From: Octopus sinensis
Taxonomy: Eukaryota
Direction of reading: 5' to 3'
NCBI RefSeq assembly: GCF_006345805.1
Contig: NC_043001.1
Coordinates: 73,966,001-74,030,000, forward strand
DNA length: 64,000 bases
Part shown: piece after piece, positions 1 through 10,712 of the stretch
How positions within the stretch are numbered: the stretch's first letter is position 1
How the letters are laid out: the number at the start of each line of letters is the position of its first letter
Notes under the pieces: model-generated
The model's database searches: none
Told to the model about the DNA's origin: nothing
Seen by the model: only the letters and a program-made list of their open reading frames with translations
Made by a program: the position numbers and the translations under genes

Positions 1-190
1 ATAAATGTGTACACACACACGCACACACATACACACACACATGATGGGCTTCCATACATTTTCCATGTGCAAATTCATTCAACAAGGCATAAGTCAACCT
101 GGAGCTATAGTAGAAGACTCTTGCCCAAGGTGCCTGTAATGTATAACCAGTAAATCCTAGTTCAAAGAAACTAATTTTTAGTCATAGTCC

Positions 191-1443
191 TGTATATTAT
201 TCTGAATGGCTGTTCTCTCTCTTCTTGACAAATGCACGTGCTCTTTATATCAACATTATTTGCATAGCATTCACTCCCTCCTAGAAAAAGTTAAAAAGTC
301 ATAGCCTTTCTGGGGCTTTCTGATTCCTTTGTGTTCAATGCAGCTGAGGGGATTCTTCTTTTTGTTCTTGATGGTTATCTCTAGGAGGAGGAGAAATTTC
401 AATTGGCTCTCTGTCTGGCTCTTGAGGGACAAATATTTGGGTTAGGTTATCAGTTGGGTGGTGCCAATTGTTTTGTGGATACTGTGGTTTCGCAACTGTC
501 TGGGTAACAGACGTGAGCGTATTGGGGGTTGGCTTCGATTAAATCATCTTGGTCCATGATAGGGTCATACTTGTTAATGTGATTGTTCCTTTGAACACGT
601 GCAGGTCCTGGGTTAAGAAACCATGTTGGCATCAATGTTTCCTGTTGCTGAATGTCTTTGATAATTAAAAAGACGTTCATGAGGAGTGGTGTTAGTGAAT
701 GTACAAAGTAGAGATCTGATTGAATGCAACACATCTGGAAGAACTGTTTTCCATGAAGATACTGGAAGGGCACAGGTTTTCAAAGAGAGTCGTACTGACT
801 TCTAAATAATACCATTATATCTTTCTACTTGACTGTTCCCAGAGGGATTGTATGGTGTCGTCCTATTCATTGCAATGTCCTTACTGAGGAGCCGTTCTCT
901 CAATCTTGTAGACATAAAGGCAGTTCTACGATCGGAATGTACATAACTGGGCATACCAAAAACTGAGAACAAGTCTGTAAGACACTTTATTACAGTCTGA
1001 GCTGATGTGTCAGATACTGGATAACCAAACGGAAATTGAGAGTATTCATCAACTATTGTTAGGAGATAAGGATGCTTCTTGGAAGGAATCGGACCTTTGA
1101 AATTGATGGAAATTCGCTCAAAGGGCTGCATGGCCTTAGTTAAGTTAACTGAGTCTGGTTTATAATATTGTGGTTTCACTTCTTGACATATAGAGCAATT
1201 TCTACATATTTGTTTCACATTCTCTAACGAATATGGAAGATTTCTACTGCAGATGAAATGATAAAGGTGTACTACACCAGGATGGCACAGTGCTGCATGT
1301 AACTCATAAAGCGAATGTGAACTGATTGCTGAACAGCGTAACCTTGTGAATGCATCCGGAGTGCTGTTGCTGGATCCTGGGTAATTGTGAATATCATATG
1401 AGTAAGGAGATAACGCAATGTGCCATCTCATAATTTTATCATA
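191..1443 (-). mobile_element. Decayed Gypsy/Ty3 LTR retrotransposon 3' fragment (RNase H end, integrase, PPT, possible short 3' LTR)
   Basis: ORF 802-1431: DKIMRW...Y.PG..N..DAFTR (RNase H end), H-x4-H...C-x2-C zinc finger, 'INFKGP / HSDR / VERYNG' (first DDE Asp is Asn). TAG at 802-804 where Trp is expected; the frame continues (VLPDVLHSIRSLLCT..TPHERLF) then frameshifts into ORF 450-773 (YAHV.YPD..ETTVST..LAP). Purine tract AGGAGGGAGTGAA at about 270-283. Confidence 0.85.
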
Positions 1444-2999
1444 AGTACCAATTGAGTACTGGGGTTGATGTCATTGATTAATCCCCTCCCTTGAAATTGT
1501 TGGCCTTGTGCCAAAATTTGAAACCAATATTTGGATTTAGTAGACAGGTTGTCAGTATCCTGGTATTGTCAATTATCATCTTAGAAATATTGATATTAAT
1601 CACTTTGATTAATTAAAACAAAATCATAAAGAAAAGGAACTGTTTTTATTGCAACCTCCTCCTGGCCCCTCTATTGTTTATCTGTTAGGGAAGAATCATA
1701 AGATTAGAGAAAAAAAACATTTGGAAATGCTATTAAATTGTCTAATCACCATCACCACCCTAATCATCATCACCACCACTAGCTCAGCTCTGTGTTGGTT
1801 GGCATGAATTAGATAAGTTTTCTCCATCCATATTTGGCACTGCTCCAGTACTAACCACATCATAGTTGTGTTAATATTTTATGTACCAGGACAGGTGTAA
1901 TTGGAAAGGTTGTAGTGGCAGATAATTATATTTCACAAAAAAAAAAAAAAGATATTTTCCATAAACATCTTTCATTAATCCCACTCTATTCAACAAGTCA
2001 TATTTATCAAATTTTAGTTTCAAACCACTTCTGCCTTTTTTCAGGATCTGAACCTACTTTTTAGTCATCAGTAGGGTTGTCTATTCTGTTATAATGGCTC
2101 CTGGTCATCCCTGATTGAGCAGACTTATCAATCATTGCATGCATTCCAACTCTGACCATCCCATCATTTTGTGGGGTTTTTTTCCGGACATAGTATATTC
2201 CAGTCTTCATTGGCCTTTGTGTCCTTCAGTTTAAATGATAGTAGCCTTTAGTTTAAATGATATTTAGCTGCTGTTTCTATTAAGTAAAGCAACCATGGCT
2301 TGTTTACTATACTGGTATAGTTGCATGGGGGACTATCTACAAAATTATTGAATTTTTTCCTTGCAAGAGGGATTGCCATTATTACAATATTATTTACTAA
2401 TAATTCTTAAAAAGAAAACAAAAAAAAAAACTTTTAAGATACACAAAGCCGGTTATAAGGGAGAATATAAACTGTGAAACACCTAGAATAGGTTTTAAAA
2501 CCCACCAGATATTTATTGAAGAAGAAATAAGAAAATAATATTAACAAAAGTGCTTTACCATCTTTATCTACCTTCCAGCTTTTCTCACCCACCCTTGCAT
2601 AATGTGGGGTAACAAAACACCTTCAACACTTGCCACAAAACCACCTCCCCCTCTTTCAACCTACTTGCTCAAGGAAGTTTATTCTTTTCCCTTTCTTGCA
2701 AGTTATTTAGCAACCTTACAAGTGCCAATGTCAGATAAAAAGCACCCAGTGCACACTGTAAAGTAGTTGGTATTAGGAAAGATATCCAGCTTTAGAAATC
2801 TTGCAGGATACTGTAGAAACCATGCCAAAGCTTATGTTGGAGCATGATACATCTCTGCAGCTTGTTAGCATCTGGAGAACCATCCATCTCTTGATAGCAT
2901 GCAAAAATGGACATTAAATGATGATGATAATTATCGATATAATTTTCAGTTTGAACAAAATGGTAGGTATAAAATGTAGTTACCTTTTATCTTTTACTT

Positions 3000-3372
3000 G
3001 TTTCAATCATTAGACTGCGGCCATGCTGGAGCACCACTTTGATGAATTTTTAATCGAATGAATTGACTCCAGTACTTATATTTTATCTAAGCCTGGAACT
3101 CACTCTACTGGTCTCTTTTGCCAAACTAAGTTCCAAGGACATAAACACACCAATACTGGTTGTCAAGCAGTGGTAGGGGATTAACACAGACATGAAGACA
3201 CACACACATATATGAAGGGCTTCTTTCAGTTTCTGCCTACCAGATCCACTGACAAGGCCTTGGTTGATCAGAGTGTATAGTAGAAAACGCTTTACCAAGG
3301 TGTCACACAGTGGAACTGAACCCAGAGCCATATGGCCTGGAAGCAAGCTTCTCACCACACAGCCATGCTTGC
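3000..3372 (-). mobile_element. tRNA-derived SINE (family with gtggcaccttgggcaagtgtcttctactatagc core)
   Basis: Reverse of ggctgtgtggtaagaagcttgcttcc..ggttcagt(c)ccactg head and ...ccagcatggccgcagtc.aatgactgaaacaagtaaaa tail. Confidence 0.8.
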
Positions 3373-4316
3373 ACCTATGTTATATCTCTTAACCTTTTTC
3401 AGTGTTATTTGTTTTAGTTGTTCTTTTGTTAAAACTGTGTAAGGTATAAAGGGATAAAGACCTAAATATGAACAGACTGGTTTCATCAGTTTCTTATGAT
3501 ACACTTCTTGTGTTACACATAATTACTGTAGTAGGGAGCTGGGAATTATCAACCTTATACAGTGATAGCAGATATAGCTTGAAACATGTAATAGTAAAAT
3601 TATCCCCCCCCCCTTCTAATGCATGTGCATGCACATGTACACATATGTTTGTATATCTCTTATACCCTCCTTGTACCATGAGAGTATGCCCTGACATCTC
3701 GCCACCACTGTTTTTATCTCTCTTTCCAGCTACTTCCATCCACCCCTACGTAATACAGGGTAGCCATGTATCTCCTTTATAGTGAGAGACCTCTTCATGT
3801 TCCCCTTTCATATTTAGATTCTCAAAATCTAACTGAAAGCCACCTGCCTCAATATAGTACCCCTACTCACTGTAGGGGACTTTTTCTCTGTCTTGTAAGT
3901 TATTTGGTGACCTTATTCAAACCAGTTGTGAGAAAAAAAAGTATCCAGTACACTCTGTAAAGTGTTTGGCATTAGGAAGGGCATCCAGCTGTAGAAACCA
4001 TCCCAAAACAGACAGTGAAGCTCAGTGCAGTCTTCTGGCATTTCAGATCCAGTCAGATTAACCCATGCTAGCATAGATGATGAACATTAAATAATGACAT
4101 TTATACACATCTCTGTATACCCACATTCATTGCCATCTGTTATGCATAATGCAGATACATCATAACAGGTAAATTAGCAGCAGTATTTGTCTGCTGTAGA
4201 TAATGACCTTGTGGCTGCACTGTGTTTGAAAACATGAAAATATATCAAAAACAGTTAAAAATCATGCAGCAGCTGTGCTGAAAATACTAGCCATACATTT
4301 CTACCTTGTTGGACTT

Positions 4317-6140
4317 TCAATTTGTTTGTTTAGGCGATTTGAAATTTTTGTATGCCATCCCATAAGAATTTTCCTCTCCCTGGGGATTTTGTTCATGTGT
4401 ACAGTGGCCTTTCCCTCTGGGACACATTTGTAGCAGATGGCTTATATTACAGATGTGAAGTGTTGAAGTTTCATGTCGATGTCTGGTGTGGAGAGACATT
4501 TAGGTCAATTTTGTTTGAGGATCTCTTAATTTGTTTCCAGTTTGCCTTATGGAAGTTCAAGCTGGCAAGATTTTGAGAGTTTCTTGTTGGCTGCATGACC
4601 ATGGTTTCCTTTGTTCTGTACATGGTCAGCTTTACCATTTTGTGATCCAAGAGTAGTGTCAGTGTCACTTTCACATTATGGATGAGATCCATTTTATTTG
4701 TGAAGCAGAGATCCAGTATGTTACCTGCCCTGATTGGTTGGAGTTCTATTTGTTCCATGTACAAAGTACTGATGAGGTTCAGGAGGGACTTCACCTGTCC
4801 TTGTTTGCATTGTGCCATTCCTTGGAGAGAATGGCCCTCAGGCCATCCGACATTGGGGAGATTGAAGTTTCCCGTAAGATGTACACTTATGTGTTGTTCT
4901 AATGTAACCAGAACTTCTATTTTTGTAAGGCAGTCTTCAAACTTGCCTGCATCTTGAGGGTGATATGTAGCACATATAATTACATTGAGTTGTCTTACAT
5001 GTACAATTAATGTGGTACATACTGAATTTGAATGTGACAAAAGGGCCTGGGTGTGAAGTCTTTGCGGATGTACATAGCAACTCTACCATGCCTCCTTTCT
5101 TTTCTGTTGGTCTGTAATACAACATACTGTGGTTACTGTATTTCTGCATTTGCTATATCTGGTTTCACGTGTTTCCATAAGTGCTCTGCATAAGGCTTGA
5201 TTGCATGCAACAAGGTCTCTCAGGAAAGGAATTTTTGTTCTGTTACTAAGTCCTGCGATGCTCAGTAAGAGCACTGATGTGATGTCTGTGTTGTTGCCAG
5301 TGGTGTCCACCTTGGGTCTATTTGCCATGGTGGTCTTGTGTATTGGGGATAGTCCAATCTGTGAGATTGATGTAGCCAGGTCAGTTGCTGTATAATCTTT
5401 TGTGCCATGCACAAAAAAGATTGTTGTTTAGCAGCTGCCCTTTCAGCAACATGTTGATGAGACTGATTTGTAGCACACGCTACATCTGCGTATCTCTGTT
5501 TTGTGGTAGGTGGTGCGTAGTCCTTTCCTTTTGGCAGGTGGTTTCTGCCTTGTTTCATGTTGGTGTGGCAGAGTCTTTGGTGTGCAAAACAGTAGCTTGC
5601 ACCTCCTTCTTCATGCCAGCAGACATCTTTCAAGTAGAATTTGCACATTCGTGTGTGCTGTCTCTTATCTTTTTTGTTGTATAGGCAGTCCAGTTTGCTT
5701 CTTTCTTTGGCTGTTTCATCTTTTGCTTTTGCTCCTTTTGGTTGTTCCTTTTTGGCTATTTCACCTCCACAGTTTTTCGCTTTGATGGTGGTAGAGGCGC
5801 TTGCATTTGGGTTTACTTTCCTGGCAGGTTTCTCGCTTAAACCATCTTCGTTTTCTTGAGTGTGTACCATGTGGGGGTAATATCTTTTATCTACATCTGT
5901 GCCTCCATCCTTGTCATCTTTGCTGTGTTCATTATCAAAGATGGCATCAGGAGTTCCGATGTGGGATCATATGAGAGCGTAAAAATGTGTAAACTCCTGC
6001 TTCATTCGCTCTATCTGTACTAAAGTTCCTGAGTAGTCATTGCTCTTCAGTGCAGCTGTGATAATATTGTTTGGATTATCTCCTTCAGTACCAGGCTCTC
6101 AAAAACAATGCCAATTCCATGCTCCTCCAGTTTCTGGACA
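4317..6140 (-). mobile_element. Decayed CR1/L2-group LINE, 5' portion (ORF1 with CCCH-like finger plus APE endonuclease; no RT)
   Basis: ORF 5262-5870 has CKFYLKDVCWH...CFAH..LC. ORF 5083-5412 has the endonuclease start (LLLSIAGL...ALMET). ORF 4471-5040 has GNFNLPNVGW, 'R.GNILDLCFTN' and 'NFHKANW'. Several frameshifts. Confidence 0.8.
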
Positions 6141-6174
6141 TTTTTCTGGATATTTTTATTTATTTATTTTTAAT

Positions 6175-6690
6175 TTAACAGTGTGATGGAGGGTAGTGAA
6201 GAAATAGAGAAAAAAAGTGTGTATATATATTTAGAGAGATTGAGAGACTAAGAGGAGAGAGGAACAGAGTGTGTGTGTTTATATATTTAGGAAGATTGAG
6301 AGGTTGAGAGAAGAAAGACTGTGTGACGGATAGAAGTGAAGAGACAGAGAAAGAGAGAGGGAGTATGTATCTTAAATGCAGGTTGAGGGGCTGAGAGAAG
6401 AAAGATTGTGTGTTGGAGAGAAGTGAAAAAACAGAGAGGAGAAAGAAAAAGTGTGTATACACACACACACAATATTTGGGGAGATTGCAGGGCTGAGAGA
6501 GAAAGAGTGTGTCTATACACACAAACACACACACACACATATATATGCTTGCATACACTATATTTAGGGAGTTTGAGGGGCTGAGAGAAGAAAGATGGTG
6601 TGATGGAGAAAAATGAAGAAAAAGAGAAAGAGAGAGTGTGTGTTTATGTATTTATAGAGAAGAAATAGAGAGAGAGAAAAAAAAAATATA
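6175..6690. repeat. Degenerate GA-rich tandem repeat (~90-bp period)
   Basis: Recurrent (g)ggctgagagaagaaaga.tgtgtg..ggagagaagtgaa motif near 6300, 6388, 6490 and 6578. Confidence 0.6.
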
Positions 6691-6714
6691 TATGTAATAT
6701 ATACGGTAGTAGGT

Positions 6715-6975
6715 AATTTAAAGGAAAAACCCTCATTTAATATATATAGAAAAGATAAGAAATGGAGCAAGAATTAACAATGAGAAGTGGATCATTGCTG
6801 TTTAAATGTCATTATTTAGTTAATTTAAGTGTCTGTGGATACATCTACCACTTAGGTGGTTTTACATTTTGAGCAAAGCTCTTCAGAAACAGCAGACAGG
6901 AAAGTCCAAGAGAAAAGGAAGACTGCAGGAAAAAATTGACAACGATTCACATGCGGTTACATTTTGAAAGTGTGT
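6715..6975 (-). mobile_element. Penelope-like/retrozyme-type remnant with a degenerate hammerhead
   Basis: Minus strand 6860-6890 reads TTT-CTGAAGA-GCTTTGCTC-AAAA-TG-TA-AAA (GAAA core changed to AAAA, consistent with CpG decay); lies next to the hammerhead palindrome. Confidence 0.4.
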
Positions 6976-7093
6976 GCATATATATATATATATATATATA
7001 AAATATTATTAGAGACAAAACTACTATTTTGCAAAACAAACAAGGAAAGACTTAATCAATACATAAAATTTTAATAAATAGTCAAAAAAACCG

Positions 7094-7136
7094 CCACTAC
7101 AATCGTTTCTTGTCTTGATCGACAATCTTCAGGTGG
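7094..7136 (-). ncRNA. Minimal type I hammerhead ribozyme motif (mirror copy)
   Basis: Exact reverse-complement copy of 7189-7231 in the left palindrome arm. Confidence 0.75.
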
Positions 7137-7188
7137 ACTTCCAATAAGTCAATTTTACTTCATAATTTGAAATTGACTTATTGGAAGT

Positions 7189-7231
7189 CCACCTGAAGAT
7201 TGTCGATCAAGACAAGAAACGATTGTAGTGG
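7189..7231 (+). ncRNA. Minimal type I hammerhead ribozyme motif
   Basis: CCAC-CTGAAGA-TTGTC(GATCAA)GACAA-GAAA-CGATTG-TA-GTGG: CUGANGA and GAAA cores, 5-bp stem II, stem I CCAC/GTGG, GUA cleavage triplet; activity untested. Confidence 0.75.
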
Positions 7232-7408
7232 CGGTTTTTTTGACTATTTATTAAAATTTTATGTATTGATTAAGTCTTTCCTTGTTTGTTTTGCAAAATA
7301 GTGGTTTTGTCTCTAATAATATTTTATAATATTTTACTATAAAATTGGATTTAATCCTAAATCTGATTTTTTTTTTTCCCTGTAAATTTGGATTTATTCC
7401 CTAATATT

Positions 7409-7440
<32 letters not shown>

Positions 7441-7446
<6 letters not shown>

Positions 7447-7866
7447 ACACTGCCAGATTTGACTGGGCCTGATGAAGCCTTCTGGCTTCACAGACCCCAG
7501 TAGAACCGTCCAACCCATGCTAGCATGGAAAACGGACGCTAAACGATGATGATGATGATGATGATATATATATATATGCTAGCATGGAAAGCGGACGTTA
7601 AATGATGATGATATATATTTATGTGCATATATAAGGCGGCGAGCTGGCAGAAACATTAGCACACGGGCGAGATGCTTAGCTGTATTTCGTCTGCCGCTAT
7701 GTTCTGAGTTCAAATTCCGCTGAGGTCGACTTTGCCTTTCATCCTTTCGGGGTCAATAAATTAAGTACCAGTTACACACTGAGGTCGATGTAATCAACTT
7801 AATACCTTTGTCTGACCTTGTTTGTCCCCTCTATGTTTAGCCCCTTGTGGGTAATAAAGAAATATA

Positions 7867-7910
<44 letters not shown>

Positions 7911-8336
7911 ACACTGCCAGATTTGACTGGGCCTGATGAAGCCTTCTGGCTTCACAGACCCCAGTAGAACCGTCCAACCCATGCTAGCATGGAAAACGGA
8001 CGCTAAACGATGATGATGATGATGATGATATATATATATATGCTAGCATGGAAAGCGGACGTTAAATGATGATGATATATATTTATGTGCATATATAAGG
8101 CGGCGAGCTGGCAGAAACATTAGCACACCGGGCGAGATGCTTAGCTGTATTTCGTCTGCCGCTATGTTCTGAGTTCAAATTCCGCTGAGGTCGACTTTGC
8201 CTTTCATCCTTTCGGGGTCAATAAATTAAGTACCAGTTACACACTGAGGTCGATGTAATCAACTTAATACCTTTGTCTGACCTTGTTTGTCCCCTCTATG
8301 TTTAGCCCCTTGTGGGTAATAAAGAAATATATATAT
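7441..8336 (+). repeat. Tandem duplication of a ~464-bp unit (interspersed-element tail plus tRNA-SINE), 2 copies
   Basis: 7441-7870 and 7905-8336 are identical apart from one C (cacacggg/cacaccggg) and the flanking TA tract length. Confidence 0.93.
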
Positions 8337-8356
8337 ATTTATATGCATATATATAT

Positions 8357-10270
8357 CGCATCACTGGCCATCGTGCTGTGGGCACATAACAAACACCATC
8401 CGGTCGTGGCCGTTCGCCAGCCTCATCTAGCACCTGTGTCGGTGGCACATAAAAAGTAGTCAGTACCGCTTGTGGTACCAGTGCCGGTGGCACACAAGAA
8501 TCCATCCGAACATGGCCGTAGTCAGTACCGCATCACTGGCCATCGTGCTGTGGGCACATAACAAACACCATCCGGTCGTGGCCGTTCGCCAGCCTCATCT
8601 AGCACCTGTGTCGGTGGCACATAAAAACACCTTCCGAAGACCCGGCAAGACTAGTCAGGCCATAAACCATGGCCCCTACCTGGGACGTAGTCAGTCCACC
8701 TGTGCATACCTTCCTCCTTGTGATACTTGTGAAGGCCTGTTGAGGCAAGTGAAAATCAAATCAAAATCAAATCAAAACAAATCAAAATAGATGAACATCA
8801 ATGGAATTTGTATCTTTGTGGTACCAGTGCCGGTGGCACACAAGAGAAAACCATCCGAAAGTGGCCGTAGCCAGTACCGCATCGACTGGCCTCCGTTCTG
8901 TGGGCACATGACAAACACCATCCGATCGTGGCCGTTCGCCAGCCTCATCTAGCACCTGTGTCGGTGGCACATAAAAACACCATCCGAAGACCCGGCAAGA
9001 CTAGTCAGGCCATAACCCATGGCCCCTACCTGGGACGTAGTCAGTCCACCTGTGCATACCTTCCTTCTTGTGACACTTGTGAAGACCTGTTGAGGCAAGT
9101 GAAAATCAAATCAAATCAAATCAAATCAAAACAAATCAAAATAGATGAACATCAATGGAATCTGTATCTTTGTGGTACCAGTGCCGGTGGCACACACTTT
9201 GTGGTACCAGTGCCGGTGGCACACATGAGAACCATCCGAACGTGGCCGTAGCCAGTTCCGCATCGACCGGCCTCCGTGCTGTGGGCACGTAACAAACACC
9301 ATCCGATCATGGCCGTTCGCCAGCCTCATCTGGCACCTGTGTCGGTGGCACATAAAAACACCTTCCGAAGACCCGGCAAGACTAGTCAGTCCACCTGTGC
9401 ATACCTTCCTTCTTGTGACACTTGTGAAGACCGGTTGAGGCAAGTGAAAATCAAATCAAATCAAATCAAAATAGACAAAATAGATGAACATCAATGGAAT
9501 TTGTATCTTGTGGTACCAGTGCCTGTGGCACACAAGAAATCCATCAGTGCCGTAGTCAGTGCGGTGGGCACATGACAAACACCATCCGATCGTGGCCGTT
9601 CGCCAGCCTCATCTAGCACCTGTGTCGGTGGCACATAAAAACACCATCCGAAGACCCGGCAAGACTAGTCAGGCCATAACCCATGGCCCCTACCTGGGAC
9701 GTAGTCAGTCCACCTGTGCATACCTTCCTTCTTGTGACACTTGTGAAGACCTGTTGAGGCAAGTGAAAATCAAATCAAAACAAATCAAAATAGATGAACA
9801 TCAATGGAATTTGTATCTTTGTGGTACCAGTGCCGGTGGCACGTGGCACATAAGAAAACCATCCGAACGTGGCCGTAGCCAGTACCGCATCGACTGGCCT
9901 CCGTGCTGTGGGCACGTAACAAGCACCATCCGATCGTGGCCGTTTGCCAGCCTCATCTGGCACCTGTGTCGGTGGCACATAAAAACACCACCCGAGCGTG
10001 GCCGTCTGCCAGCCTCGTCTGGCACCTGTGTCGGTGGCACATAAAAACACCATCCGAGCGTGGCGTTTGCCAGCCTTGTCTGGCACCTGTGTCGGTGGCA
10101 CATAAAATCACCCACTACACTCTCGGAGTGGTTGGCGTTAGGAAGGGCATCCAGCTGTAGAAACACTGCCAGATCTGACTGGACTGGTGCAGCTTTCGGG
10201 CTCCCCAGACCCCAGTTGAACCGTCCAACCCATGCTAGCATGGAAAGCGGACGTTAAATGATGATGATGA
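8357..10270 (+). repeat. Higher-order tandem array (~310-355-bp units built of ~47-bp subrepeats plus (AAATC)n), ending in a common interspersed element with a (GAT)n tail
   Basis: Marker gtggtaccagtgcc at 8472, 8818, 9172 (again 9201), 9510 and 9821; subunit ggtggcacataaaaacaccatccga recurs throughout; 10101-10270 is the standard element end (gttggcgttaggaagggcatccagctgtagaaac...ccatgctagcatggaaagcggacgttaaatgatgatg). Confidence 0.93.
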
Positions 10271-10580
10271 TGATGATATATATATTTATATGCATATATA
10301 TATATTTATATGCATATATATATATATTTATATGCATATATATATATTTATATGCATATATATATATTTATATGCATATATATATATTTATATGCATATA
10401 TATATATATATGCATATATATTTATATATATTTGCATATAAATATATATATATTTATATAGCGATGATGATGATGAAATATATATGCATATATATGTATG
10501 TATATATAAATATATATGCATATATATACACACATATATGCATATATATATATGCATATATATGTATGTATAAATATATA

Positions 10581-10622
<42 letters not shown>

Positions 10623-10680
10623 TTATGCATATATATATATATATATGCATATATATGTATGTATATATAAATATATATGC

Positions 10681-10712
<32 letters not shown>

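Larger units (their letters stand above)
6997..7328. repeat. Near-perfect palindrome: 159-bp arms with a 14-nt spacer (Penelope-like inverted pLTR remnant)
   Basis: 6997-7155 is the reverse complement of 7170-7328 with one mismatch (ctact vs ccact); loop tacttcataatttg. Confidence 0.95.

Noticed and set aside
2950-2962. 13-nt AG/GT-bounded microexon (tttgaacaaaatg)
   Set aside because: Ends in phase 1 while the next identified exon (12296) starts in phase 0; no homology support.
7469-7495. CTGATGA-AGCC(TTCT)GGCT hammerhead-like start (also at about 7933)
   Set aside because: No GAAA core follows (TCAC instead); it is part of the common (GAT)n-tailed element.
8357-10110. CRISPR-like array or a repeat-protein gene (ORFs such as MAVRQPHLAPVSVAHKNT...)
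   Set aside because: The intervening segments are themselves repeated rather than unique spacers, there are no cas genes and the context is eukaryotic. ORFs occur in several frames on both strands, as expected for GC-rich tandem DNA.
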